Shown here piece by piece: positions 19,567 through 30,891 of a stretch of 64,000 bases of DNA. Both the position numbers and the translations under genes were made by a program. Numbering within the stretch: position 1 is the stretch's first letter; each line of letters opens with the position of its first letter. Origin of the DNA: Acidimicrobiia bacterium (lineage in GTDB: Bacteria > Actinomycetota > Acidimicrobiia > Spongiisociales > ZC4RG35); contig DATKEC010000115.1 in assembly GCA_035544575.1 (NCBI GenBank), positions 22,835-86,834 of the forward strand. The letters are read 5' to 3'. The notes beneath the pieces are model-generated. The model was not told the DNA's origin. It worked only from the letters and a program-made list of their open reading frames with translations, and did no database searches.

Positions 19567-19955
19567 GGGTCTTTGTCTGCGCCTTGGGGATCGCAGCGGT
19601 GGCATGCGGCACAGCACCGTCGGATCCGGACATGGCCGGAGGACGCGAGATCTTCCCCACGTGCGCGGCGTGCCATGGCGTCGATGGCACCGGTGGCGCA
19701 GGGCCCGCACTCACGTCCGTTCGCGACACCTTCCCGGACTGCGACACCCACATCGAGTGGATCCGGCTCGGCTCGGAACGCTGGAAGGCCGAAGTCGGGC
19801 CTGCGTACGGCAGCCAGGACAAGCCCGTGGACCACGTGATGCCTCCCTTCGGTCACCTCGACGACCAATCGCTGGGCAGGATCGCGATGTACGAGCGGGT
19901 CCGATTCGGCGGAGGCGACCCCGACGCTGAGAGGGGCGCCTGCGGGCTCAGTTGA
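19558..19955 (+). CDS. Class I c-type cytochrome, probable lipoprotein
   Basis: ..RVFVCALGIAAVACGTAP.. lipobox (AVAC) then the CAACHG heme-binding motif; encoded in the C-terminal part of the artefactual track ORF 18474..19955. The start is non-ATG and uncertain (CTG/TTG near 19558-19585) and overlaps the stop of the upstream membrane-protein gene. Confidence 0.55.
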
Positions 19956-20016
19956 GCCGCCACCGCGCTCCAAGCACTCGGCGACCGCATGGATTCACCG
20001 TCACACCACGTGGAGT

Positions 20017-21168
20017 TCAGGTAGCCAGGACTGCGATGACCTGCGCTGCGGCCGCCTCGCACTCGTCGACAGTCGGTACGAGAGCCAGCCGCAGATGGCC
20101 CTCTCCGCCGGGCCCGAACGCCCGTCCAGGAGAGACCACGATCCCCGCTTCGAGCAACCGTTCTGCGGCCACCAGGTCATCGTCGACTTCGAGCCACACG
20201 TAGAGACCTGCGTCCGATCCGACCACCTCGAGGCCCGCGGCTGTGAATGCGTTACGAAGGATCCGGCGTTTCGCGGTGAAGACTGCCCGCCGGTCCGCCG
20301 CGTGAACGTCGTCGGACCATGCCGCCGCGGCCGCGGCCTGTGTGTACTCGGGAGCGGCAGTCCCCGTCGCCGTGCGCAGCATCGCCAGAGCCGCGATCGC
20401 TTCGGGGTCGCCGACGATGGCACCCGTGCGGTAGCCGGTCATGCCTGACCGCTTCGACAGACTCAGGAAAGAAAGCACGCCTCGCGATCCCTCGCCCGCC
20501 ACCTCCAGCACCGAGGCGGGTGCCTCGTCCTCGTACAGGTCGGCATAACACTCGTCGGCGCACAAGAGAGAATCTGCTTGGCGACAGCGCTCGACGAACT
20601 CGGCCAGCACCTCGGCGGGGGTGACCGAACCGGTCGGGTTGTGGGGAGAGCACACCCACACGATCCGGGCCGAGGCCCACTCCGAGGCGGCGATGTCACC
20701 TGGACGGAACACGAAGTCGCCTGACATCGGAATCGCCACCCCCCGGGCACCGGCCAGCCGCGCGCCCCGCTCGTAGATCGGATACCCCGGTGTGGCCCAC
20801 ACGATCGAGTCGCCCGCCGCGCGATCCACGAACGCGAGCGGAGTCGAAAAGATCGCCTCCTTCGAGCCCGTGGTTGGCATCACCTGTGTCGCGGGGTCGA
20901 CGTGGACACCGAAGCGACGCCGCACGTAGCCCGAGATGGCTGCGCGCAACTCCGGTGTGCCTCTCGTCGTCGGGTATTGCGAAACGGACGGCACGGCCGA
21001 ACGGAGGGCGTCGACGATGAACGGGGGCGTCGGCTCGCGGGGATCACCGATCGAGAAGTCGACGAGAGGCAGTCCACGGGCGCGCATGTCACGCGCCAGG
21101 TCTTGGACTCGCGTGACCGGATTCCCGCCGAGATCATCGAGGACGGGGTTGCGCCGCATGCGCGGCAC
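20017..21168 (-). CDS. dapC: PLP-dependent aminotransferase (succinyldiaminopimelate aminotransferase-like)
   Basis: Class I/II aminotransferase fold with ..SLSKRSGMTGYRTG.. Lys motif; located close to dapD and dapE. Confidence 0.75.
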   Translation of the reverse strand: MPRMRRNPVLDDLGGNPVTRVQDLARDMRARGLPLVDFSIGDPREPTPPFIVDALRSAVPSVSQYPTTRGTPELRAAISGYVRRRFGVHVDPATQVMPTTGSKEAIFSTPLAFVDRAAGDSIVWATPGYPIYERGARLAGARGVAIPMSGDFVFRPGDIAASEWASARIVWVCSPHNPTGSVTPAEVLAEFVERCRQADSLLCADECYADLYEDEAPASVLEVAGEGSRGVLSFLSLSKRSGMTGYRTGAIVGDPEAIAALAMLRTATGTAAPEYTQAAAAAAWSDDVHAADRRAVFTAKRRILRNAFTAAGLEVVGSDAGLYVWLEVDDDLVAAERLLEAGIVVSPGRAFGPGGEGHLRLALVPTVDECEAAAAQVIAVLAT

Positions 21169-21173
21169 GCTAC

Positions 21174-22475
21174 TCAGGAGATCAAACCGCAGGGCGGCGT
21201 GTGGAGGTACCCCCAGGCTCGGAGCAGCATCTTCAGGGCGCCGATCCGGCTGAGTTCCTCGGAAGGATCGAGCCCCCTGGGATCACAGGCATCGATCTGC
21301 CCACGCGTGTGGAGGAAGGTGATGGCTTGGCTCGGGTCGAGGACGAGTTCCGGATGGAGGGCGGCCACGATGAGCTGGGCGACCTCGCCACGCGTCACGG
21401 GCTGGTCGCACATCGGCGGCTGCGCGCAGTCGGCGCGCGCGCTCAGATACGTCTCCGGGTCGAGAATCGGATCCATCACGTTGAAGTAGATGTAGGGACC
21501 GGTGTAGTCGCCGGTGAGACCGGTGATCCACCCTCCCACGGCAACCCGGGTGGCGACCGCCCCAGGGCAAGCCATCACACCCCACGTGTCGCACCACGAC
21601 GGGAGACCCAGCGCGGTCGCGGTGTCGAAGATCACCGCTGAGGTTTCGGCGTCGTAGTCGATGTGCGCCCCGGCAAAACGGGCGTCGAGCGGGAGGTCGA
21701 CAAGGGCCGGGTGGGCTCGCCGCTTGGCTGAATACAGGCTTGGCCCAGGGTCGATCGGCTCGCCCCACGGAGTGCGCAGCTCGAAGTGCAGGTGCGGCGG
21801 GCCCCCTTCGGCGTTGCCCGAGTCGCCGATCCACCCGATCAGTTCGCCCTGCTCCACCCGATCGCCTTGCGCCAGTCCCGGGCGAATGCCGACTCCCTTG
21901 CCGTCGTTCGTGCCCACGGTGTCGTTGTTGAGGTGGACATACATCGAAAGCCAGCCATCGTCATGGCGCACCGAAAGCCAACAGCAGTCCCCTGGGGCGT
22001 CACGGACCGTCGACACGGTGCCGGATCGCACGGCGACCACCGGCGTCATCTTCGGGGCCAGGATGTCGACACCCGCGTGCAGCCTCCCGCCACCGTCGCG
22101 GGGTTCTCCGAAGAGCGACCAGCCGGGCGCGCCACCGCCGACGACCGGGAAGACCATGCGATACACGTATGAACACACCGGAGGCGGAGGAGTCCAGGTT
22201 GTGTCCTCCACCGGTGGTGGTGGTGGTGGTGGTGGCGGCGGTTCGGCCGGGGGAGCGTCCGGGGGTGGGGGCGGATCGGGAGGAGGTTCGACCGGCGGCT
22301 CTTCTGCGGGAGGGGGGGCGTCCACCTGCGGTACCGGCGCGACATCCCCGGCCCCCACCGCCGGGGGCTGGATCGACGTGAATGTTCGGGGGGAACACGC
22401 CGCGGCAGCTTCCGGCGCAACCGGAATCAGCGCGGCGACGAGCACCAACCCCACCCAGGCTCTTCGCACCGACAT
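21174..22475 (-). CDS. Secreted M23 (LytM) metallopeptidase with a Pro-rich linker
   Basis: Signal peptide MSVRRAWVGLVLVAALIPVAPEAAAAC, PPPPPP-rich segment, and M23 motifs HAGVDI..HLHFE. Confidence 0.8.
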   Translation of the reverse strand: MSVRRAWVGLVLVAALIPVAPEAAAACSPRTFTSIQPPAVGAGDVAPVPQVDAPPPAEEPPVEPPPDPPPPPDAPPAEPPPPPPPPPPVEDTTWTPPPPVCSYVYRMVFPVVGGGAPGWSLFGEPRDGGGRLHAGVDILAPKMTPVVAVRSGTVSTVRDAPGDCCWLSVRHDDGWLSMYVHLNNDTVGTNDGKGVGIRPGLAQGDRVEQGELIGWIGDSGNAEGGPPHLHFELRTPWGEPIDPGPSLYSAKRRAHPALVDLPLDARFAGAHIDYDAETSAVIFDTATALGLPSWCDTWGVMACPGAVATRVAVGGWITGLTGDYTGPYIYFNVMDPILDPETYLSARADCAQPPMCDQPVTRGEVAQLIVAALHPELVLDPSQAITFLHTRGQIDACDPRGLDPSEELSRIGALKMLLRAWGYLHTPPCGLIS

Positions 22476-22535
22476 GAAGGTAGACCGTCGATGCCGATCT
22501 GTCGATGGCCAATCTCGAGCCGGCGTCCCGTGGAA

Positions 22536-22563
22536 CCCAGGGTTAGATCGGACGTATACGTCC
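22536..22563. repeat. Dispersed palindrome-containing element, copy C (reverse orientation)
   Basis: cccagggttagatcggacgtatacgtcc is the exact reverse complement of the 61611-61638 copy; contains the perfect palindrome GGACGTATACGTCC (22550-22563); sits in the divergent intergenic region 22476-22649. Confidence 0.7.
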
Positions 22564-22649
22564 ATTCTGGCCCGCGGAATGGGGTACGGCGGCGAGTCGC
22601 GACCCTTGGCTGTCGGCTTCGCACCGGAAGCGATCTAGCCTGGCTCGCC

Positions 22650-23045
22650 GTGCCCTATCGCCTCATCTACATCGGTCTGGGAGCACTCGCCCTGGCCGTC
22701 GTCGCTCTCGCCCTCGCATTCGGTGGCGGCGGCGACGCGATCGAGCTGCCTGAACCCGTCGAATCGGTTTATCCGCTACCCGGCGACGCAGTCCTCTTGC
22801 AGGCGTTCGTCGAAGTCGACATGGCCGTGGGCTACACCGTCGACATCTATGTGGACGGATTCCTGGTGCCTGCCAACGAGGTGAACGTCGTGGAGGCGAC
22901 GGGTGTGTTCCGCTGGGCTCCGTCGCCCGCCAGCCTCTACATGGACGCCTGGACCCCGGGTGAACACACGGTGCGCATCGTCTGGGACACCGTGGTCGGT
23001 CTGCCAGACCGGGGCGAGTTCACATGGACCTTTCGGGTGCAATGA
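22650..23045 (+). CDS. Small membrane-anchored protein of unknown function
   Basis: GTG start; N-terminal TM LIYIGLGALALAVVALALAF then a ~100-aa extracytoplasmic domain; the in-track ORF start at 22491 would read through the palindromic element. Confidence 0.4.
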   Translation: MPYRLIYIGLGALALAVVALALAFGGGGDAIELPEPVESVYPLPGDAVLLQAFVEVDMAVGYTVDIYVDGFLVPANEVNVVEATGVFRWAPSPASLYMDAWTPGEHTVRIVWDTVVGLPDRGEFTWTFRVQ

Positions 23046-23083
23046 CCGGACAGCCCCGCCGTTGATCTGATCCGCCGGAGCCA

Positions 23084-25585
<2,502 letters not shown>

Positions 25586-25623
25586 ATCCTTCAACCGGAC
25601 GCTGCGAGCGCCGATAGGGGGGG

Positions 25624-26703
25624 ATGGACGCAACGATCGTCTCGATCCTCGCCGTGACGGCCGGCCTCACGGCATCCCTCGTCGTCGTGCTGGCTGTCGT
25701 CAAGTTGTTCCACCGGGAGATCGAGCGTTACCGCGGTGTCCGCACGGCCTACTACACCTCCGCCGTCGGCGAAATGTTGAGCCGCGGAGTCCTTCCCAGC
25801 CGACCCAGGCAGGGATGGGCCGAAGACCCACTTTTCCACGATGCCGTCGCGGACTATCGCCTGATGGTCACGGGCGAGGACCGCCGGTTCGTCGACTCCC
25901 TCGTCGACAAGCTCGGCATCGGCGACATCCTCGTGACACGGGCCCGGCGCCGCTTCCCCCGCTCCACGCGGTTGCGGGCTGTTTCGAGCCTCGTCGATCT
26001 GGCGACGCCTGCTCATACCGCGGCATTGCAGACGATGATCGACGATCCGAATCCCCATGTCCGGGTCCACGCCGTGCGCGGCCTGGCGAGGGTGGGCGAC
26101 ACCGGCGCCGTCTCACACATCCTCGACATCGCCACGCGGGTCAAACCGTGGGAGGCAGCCCGAACTGCGGACGCACTGGTGGAGATGGGCGCCGACGCCG
26201 TTGAGCCGGTCATCAACTGGGTCGAGCACGAGCGGTCGAAGGCCTTTCCGTCGGTCGACGTCGTTGCCCTCTCCGGCCGACTCCTTGGGCTCATCGGCGA
26301 CGAAAGAGCCGAACCCGTCCTCATCGCTCTGCTCGGATCCGACCGACCGGACTGGCGCGTGGCTGCGGCATCCGCTCTCGAACACGCCGGCACGGACATG
26401 TCCGTCGAGCCGCTCCGGGTGGCGATCCATGACGACGACTGGCGGGTTCGCGCCCGAGCGGTCGTTGCGCTCGGCGCGATGGCCGACGACGTGGCCATCG
26501 AAGAGATCGCCCAACTCCTGACAGACCGCCAATGGTGGGTCCGTCAGAACGCGGCCGGCGCCCTCACCCAACTGCCCGGAGGGACCGACCGTCTCAAGGC
26601 GGCGCTCGAAGGCTCGGACCACTTCGCAGCTGACGCCGCCCTCAATCAACTCACGATCTCTGGAGCCCTCTCCGAGCGGCGCCCCCTCCCGAGCCGGACC
26701 TGA
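25624..26703 (+). CDS. HEAT/PBS-lyase repeat protein with an N-terminal TM helix
   Basis: Repeated ..VRxxAxxALxxxGD.. units (NPHVRVHAVRGLARVGD; DWRVAAASALEHAG; DWRVRARAVVALGA; QWWVRQNAAGAL). Confidence 0.7.
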   Translation: MDATIVSILAVTAGLTASLVVVLAVVKLFHREIERYRGVRTAYYTSAVGEMLSRGVLPSRPRQGWAEDPLFHDAVADYRLMVTGEDRRFVDSLVDKLGIGDILVTRARRRFPRSTRLRAVSSLVDLATPAHTAALQTMIDDPNPHVRVHAVRGLARVGDTGAVSHILDIATRVKPWEAARTADALVEMGADAVEPVINWVEHERSKAFPSVDVVALSGRLLGLIGDERAEPVLIALLGSDRPDWRVAAASALEHAGTDMSVEPLRVAIHDDDWRVRARAVVALGAMADDVAIEEIAQLLTDRQWWVRQNAAGALTQLPGGTDRLKAALEGSDHFAADAALNQLTISGALSERRPLPSRT

Positions 26704-26705
26704 CC

Positions 26706-28112
26706 GTGCACACCTTCCTCGCAGTGTCATCCCTGGTCGTGCTCGTCTATTACCTGGCCTACCAGGTGACGATGCTGGTCTTCACCGTCGGTTCTGCCGC
26801 GGTGCTCGGCAAGGAACGCATGATCGCCCGCTACGGGCGAATCGAGGACATGCTCACATCCGACCTCGCTCCCCCGGTCTCGATCGTCGTCGCCGCGTAC
26901 AACGAGTCCGCCGGCATCGTCGAAGCGATCACGTCGATGTCGATGGTTTCATATCCCCGGTTCGAGATCGTCGTGGCCAACGACGGATCGACCGACGACA
27001 CCCTCGATCGGCTGATCGACGCCTTCGACATGTTCCCGGTGCCCTACCCGGTGCGGACGAACATCGACACCGCACCTGTCCGCCAGGTCTACAAGTCCCG
27101 CAAACCGATCGCCCTGACCGTGGTTGACAAAGAGAATGGCGGAAAGGGCGACGCGCTCAACGTGGCCATCAACACTGCCCGTTATCCCTACGTCATGGCA
27201 ACCGATGCCGACGTGATCATCGACGGCAAGGCTCTCGTTCATGCCATGCGCCTCGTCGCCGAGGACCGCGACCGAGTCGTCGCCGTGGGAGGGAACATCC
27301 GTCCCCTCAACGGTGCCACCGTGACCCACGGACACGTCGTCGAAGCGGGAGTACCGAAGTCGCTGATCGAGCGATATCAACTGCTCGAGTACGTCCGCGC
27401 TTTCGTCGCGACGCGGCCGTTCTGGTCGGCCATCAACGCCCTGCCGCTCGTTTCGGGGGCATTCAGCCTGTACAAGCGGGACGCGGTCGTCGACGCCGGA
27501 GGTTTCGCTTCGGGGCACATGGGCGAAGACATCGACCTGACGATGCGGATCCACCGCCATTACCGCAACGCCAAGATCCCCTACAAGATCATGTACTCGC
27601 CCTCGGCGATCGTGTGGACGGAAGTGCCCACGACCCGCGCGGTCCTGCGACGACAACGCATCCGCTGGCACCGCGGGCTCATGACAGCCGTGCGCGACTT
27701 TCGGTCGAGCATCTTCAATCCGCGTCACGGCGCGGTCGGGATGCTGTCCTGGCCCACGATGGTGTTCTTCGAGTTCGTCGCACCCGTGGTCGAACTGTTG
27801 GGGTACGTGTTGATACCGATCGCGATGTTGGTGGGAGCAGTCGACCCGATGCAGGTCCTGGTGCTCTTCGTCATCGCCCTGTTCGTCGGCACCATCACCT
27901 CGCTCTTCGCTCTGCTGCTCGATGAACGCTACGGATACTTCAACGACCCTCGCGAGACGTTGCAGCTCTTGACGATCTGCTTCGTCGAGAACCTCGGACT
28001 ACGCCAGATGACCGTCTGGTGGCGCGTCCGAGCCATGCATCGGGGACGTCAAGACAAAGCGTGGGGGAACATGGAGCGACGCGGAGTCAGGACGATCGCC
28101 AAGGCGGGCTGA
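26706..28112 (+). CDS. Family-2 processive beta-glycosyltransferase (PgaC/IcaA/NodC-like synthase)
   Basis: N- and C-terminal TM helices; DxD region; QRIRWHRG (Q(R/Q)xRW) motif; starts 3 nt after the HEAT gene stop. Confidence 0.8.
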   Translation: MHTFLAVSSLVVLVYYLAYQVTMLVFTVGSAAVLGKERMIARYGRIEDMLTSDLAPPVSIVVAAYNESAGIVEAITSMSMVSYPRFEIVVANDGSTDDTLDRLIDAFDMFPVPYPVRTNIDTAPVRQVYKSRKPIALTVVDKENGGKGDALNVAINTARYPYVMATDADVIIDGKALVHAMRLVAEDRDRVVAVGGNIRPLNGATVTHGHVVEAGVPKSLIERYQLLEYVRAFVATRPFWSAINALPLVSGAFSLYKRDAVVDAGGFASGHMGEDIDLTMRIHRHYRNAKIPYKIMYSPSAIVWTEVPTTRAVLRRQRIRWHRGLMTAVRDFRSSIFNPRHGAVGMLSWPTMVFFEFVAPVVELLGYVLIPIAMLVGAVDPMQVLVLFVIALFVGTITSLFALLLDERYGYFNDPRETLQLLTICFVENLGLRQMTVWWRVRAMHRGRQDKAWGNMERRGVRTIAKAG

Positions 28113-28132
28113 CCGGCTTCGGGTCGACGCGA

Positions 28133-29182
28133 TCAGGCCGAGACGATGATTCCTCCACCGAGCACCTCGTCGCCGCGGTAGAAGGCTGCCGTCTGGCCGG
28201 GAGCGACTGCCACCTGCGGCTGAAGGAACGTGACCGTGGCCTCCCCGTCCCAGACGGCCTCTGTTGCATCTCCATGCGCCCGATACTGAACGAGAACCTG
28301 CTCTGCCCCGGCCAGCGGTCGATGGGTCCAGGCGATGTGATCGAGGGCGATCGATCGGGTCGCCAGATGCTCCCTGGTGCCGATGGTCACGGTCCGGTTC
28401 GGAGCGTCGACGCCGACGACGAAGTGAGGCTCACCGAGAGCCACACCCAGTCCTCGCCGCTGACCGACCGTGAAACCCGCCACACCCTCGTGGGTTCCGA
28501 CCTGGCGACCGTCGGTGGTCATCACGGCCCCGGGCTCGAGGGCTTCGGGAGCCTCGTCCCGCAGAAACGCCCGGTAGTCGCCCCGGCCCACGAAGCAGAT
28601 GTCCATGCTCTCGGGCTTACGCGCCGTCCGCAGACCGAGATCCGCCGCGATCCGACGCACCTGATGCTTCTCCAGGTCTCCCACGGGGAACCGTACGCGG
28701 GCGAGCTGGTCCTGTCCGAGCATTGACAGCACGTAGCTCTGATCCTTGGCCGAGTCGACTCCCCGGCGCAGGCGGTACCGGCCACCGTGACGATCGACCC
28801 TGGCGTAGTGACCGGTCACGACGGTCTCGCAACCGAACTCCGCCGCCTGTTCGAGGAGCCGGGAGAACTTGACGGTGCGGTTGCACTCGACGCACGGGTT
28901 GGGAGTTCGACCCGACAGGTAGTCGCTGACGAAACCGTCGATGACGCCGCGGGAGAAATCCTCGGTGTAGTCGAGGACGTAATAGGGGATGTCCAACTGG
29001 GCCGCCACCCGGCGCGCGTCCTCCGAGTCCGACACCGTGCAACAGCCGGCCGTCGGCATCTCGCCGTTTGGTCCGGCCCACAGCTTGAGAGTGACGCCTG
29101 TCACGTCATGGCCATCAGCCACCATTCGGGCCGCCGCGACCGACGAATCGACTCCGCCCGACATTGCGACGAGGACCTTCAT
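28133..29182 (-). CDS. mnmA: tRNA-specific 2-thiouridylase
   Basis: MKVLVAMSGGVDSSVAA PP-loop and a C..C pair; the ATG overlaps the upstream stop (ATGA). The track ORF is artificially extended by an Arg-rich N-terminus. Confidence 0.9.
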   Translation of the reverse strand: MKVLVAMSGGVDSSVAAARMVADGHDVTGVTLKLWAGPNGEMPTAGCCTVSDSEDARRVAAQLDIPYYVLDYTEDFSRGVIDGFVSDYLSGRTPNPCVECNRTVKFSRLLEQAAEFGCETVVTGHYARVDRHGGRYRLRRGVDSAKDQSYVLSMLGQDQLARVRFPVGDLEKHQVRRIAADLGLRTARKPESMDICFVGRGDYRAFLRDEAPEALEPGAVMTTDGRQVGTHEGVAGFTVGQRRGLGVALGEPHFVVGVDAPNRTVTIGTREHLATRSIALDHIAWTHRPLAGAEQVLVQYRAHGDATEAVWDGEATVTFLQPQVAVAPGQTAAFYRGDEVLGGGIIVSA

Positions 29183-30285
29183 GCGAGGACTCTCGCCGCG
29201 TCCAGCACGGCTCGCGCCGCCTGCTCGGACTCTTGGAGCGTCGAGTTCCATCCGAACGAGAACCGCAGGTGCTCGCGGGGCGCCTCCACCCCCATCGCCG
29301 CCAGCACGTGGGAAACGGTGTTCGCTCCGGACTGGCAGGCGGAGGCCGAGGACGCCGCCACGCCGCGCTGGTCGAGCTTCACGAGCATCGTCTCGTTGCG
29401 TTGTCCGACGAGTCGCAGATGGGCGTGCTGGACCAGGCTGTACTCGGCGGGCACGGTCCGCGTTGCCCTGGGGCCGAGGAGGCTCTCGAATTGAGTCCGA
29501 ATTGCCTCCACCCGGATCCGAAAGGCATCTCGCTCGGCCACTGTCAGTTCCACCGCCGCCGCCAGGCCGACTGCGCCGGCCACGTTGTGTGTGCCGGACC
29601 GCCGACCGAGTTCCTGACCGCCACCGTGAACGACCGGCTCGAGTTCGACCCCGTCTGCCGCGTAGAGCACACCGACGCCTTTCGGCCCCCCGAACTTGTG
29701 GGCGGCGAGCGACAACAGGTCCACGGAGTCGACCCCGACGTCCTCGCTGATGAATGCCTGAACCGCGTCGCTGTGGAGCAAGGTCCGCCCGGCCAGCCGA
29801 TCGTTCAGCTCCCGGATGGGCTGCAGCGTCCCTGTCTCGTTGTTGGCCCACATCACCGAGACGACTCGCGTGTCGCGGGTGACTGCGCCGACGAGTTCAT
29901 CCGGGTCGACCCGGCCGATCGGATCCACACCGACCACGCTCACCTCTCCACCCAGGCGCCGGACGAACTCGGCGGACTCGAGCACCGCTTCGTGCTCGGA
30001 CGCCACCGTGACGACTCCACCGACGCCGCCCGCGAGAGCGGCACCCTTGACGGCGAGGTTGTCCGCCTCCGTTCCTCCGCTGGTGAAGATCACCTCCCGG
30101 GGATGACAACCAAGGGCTGCGGCAACTCGCTCCCTGGATTCCTCGAGTGCGTTCTTGGCGCGCCGGGACACCTCGTGGGATCCGGAGGCGTTCCCGAAGT
30201 TGTCCGAGAAGAAGGGCTCCATCGCCGCGAGGACCTCCGGCCGCATCGGCGTCGTGGCCGCATGATCGAGGTAGATGGCTGTCAC
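29179..30285 (-). CDS. iscS: Cysteine desulfurase (class V aminotransferase, IscS/NifS-like)
   Basis: ..LLSLAAHKFGGPKGVGVLY.. PLP-Lys and ..SSASAC.. active-site Cys loop. Confidence 0.88.
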   Translation of the reverse strand: MTAIYLDHAATTPMRPEVLAAMEPFFSDNFGNASGSHEVSRRAKNALEESRERVAAALGCHPREVIFTSGGTEADNLAVKGAALAGGVGGVVTVASEHEAVLESAEFVRRLGGEVSVVGVDPIGRVDPDELVGAVTRDTRVVSVMWANNETGTLQPIRELNDRLAGRTLLHSDAVQAFISEDVGVDSVDLLSLAAHKFGGPKGVGVLYAADGVELEPVVHGGGQELGRRSGTHNVAGAVGLAAAVELTVAERDAFRIRVEAIRTQFESLLGPRATRTVPAEYSLVQHAHLRLVGQRNETMLVKLDQRGVAASSASACQSGANTVSHVLAAMGVEAPREHLRFSFGWNSTLQESEQAARAVLDAARVLA

Positions 30286-30342
30286 GAGAGCAATGATCGC
30301 AGACCGGCCGGACTGTTCGGCTGGTCCGCCTCTCGGGAAGGC

Positions 30343-30891
30343 TCATCGGAGGTCGTCGGGACGGAGGTGACGGGTGCGGCCCGGTGTCTCCACCGACCAC
30401 ACCGCGCCACGCAACCGGGTGACGCGGGCATGTGCGGAGCGGACCGGCTCGGGCGCGACCGCCGCGACGACCGCAACGGAGTCGGGGAAATCGGCGGGAA
30501 GCGGTTCTCGTTCCCTCGCCTGTTGGCGCCAAACCGCTCGCAGAGCCCTCCCGGTGATCTGGCCGGCGAGGGCCATCCTCGCCAATTCGCTGCCCTCTGC
30601 CGGGAACGGCGCCAAACGCACCGAAGCCACCGCACCTCCAAACCGACCCGAGGATTCCTCGAGGGTGAAGCCGACGGTGATCACCAGCTCGGAACGCCGT
30701 CGCAGCAGGTCATAGCGCAGCTCCCAGCGAATCGAGCGGCCGGCTGAGTCGCATCCATCCTCGGTGCCGATCCTCCACACGGCCAAGCCTGGCTCGAGAT
30801 CCCGGGCGATCGCGTCGGCCGCCCTCAGTGCCTGGGCAGACGTACATGCTCGGGACAGGTCCGGGATCGGGACGAGAGACTGGTCGATCAT
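30343..30891 (-). CDS. Hypothetical protein
   Basis: 182-aa ORF abutting the pepA stop (4-nt overlap); no motif recognised. Confidence 0.35.
   Translation of the reverse strand: MIDQSLVPIPDLSRACTSAQALRAADAIARDLEPGLAVWRIGTEDGCDSAGRSIRWELRYDLLRRRSELVITVGFTLEESSGRFGGAVASVRLAPFPAEGSELARMALAGQITGRALRAVWRQQAREREPLPADFPDSVAVVAAVAPEPVRSAHARVTRLRGAVWSVETPGRTRHLRPDDLR

Noticed and set aside
18474-19955. 493-aa + strand ORF
   Set aside because: It is an artefact spanning the membrane-protein gene in a wrong frame. Only its last ~130 aa, the cytochrome c, are real coding sequence.
22476-22649. c-di-AMP (ydaO-type) riboswitch upstream of the M23 cell-wall peptidase, as often seen before actinobacterial wall hydrolases
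   Set aside because: I could not recognise the conserved ydaO helices or ACGG/CCGU pseudoknot elements by eye. The region is dominated by the dispersed palindrome. It would need a covariance-model scan (Rfam RF00379).
28133-29851. Long N-terminal extensions in track ORFs for mnmA (572 aa), pepA (666 aa), ligA (778 aa), the ECF sigma (585 aa) and the SodC-like gene (305 aa)
   Set aside because: The extensions are Arg-rich, overlap upstream genes, and a conserved N-terminus with an internal ATG/GTG exists ([43 protein letters not shown]). Genes were trimmed accordingly.
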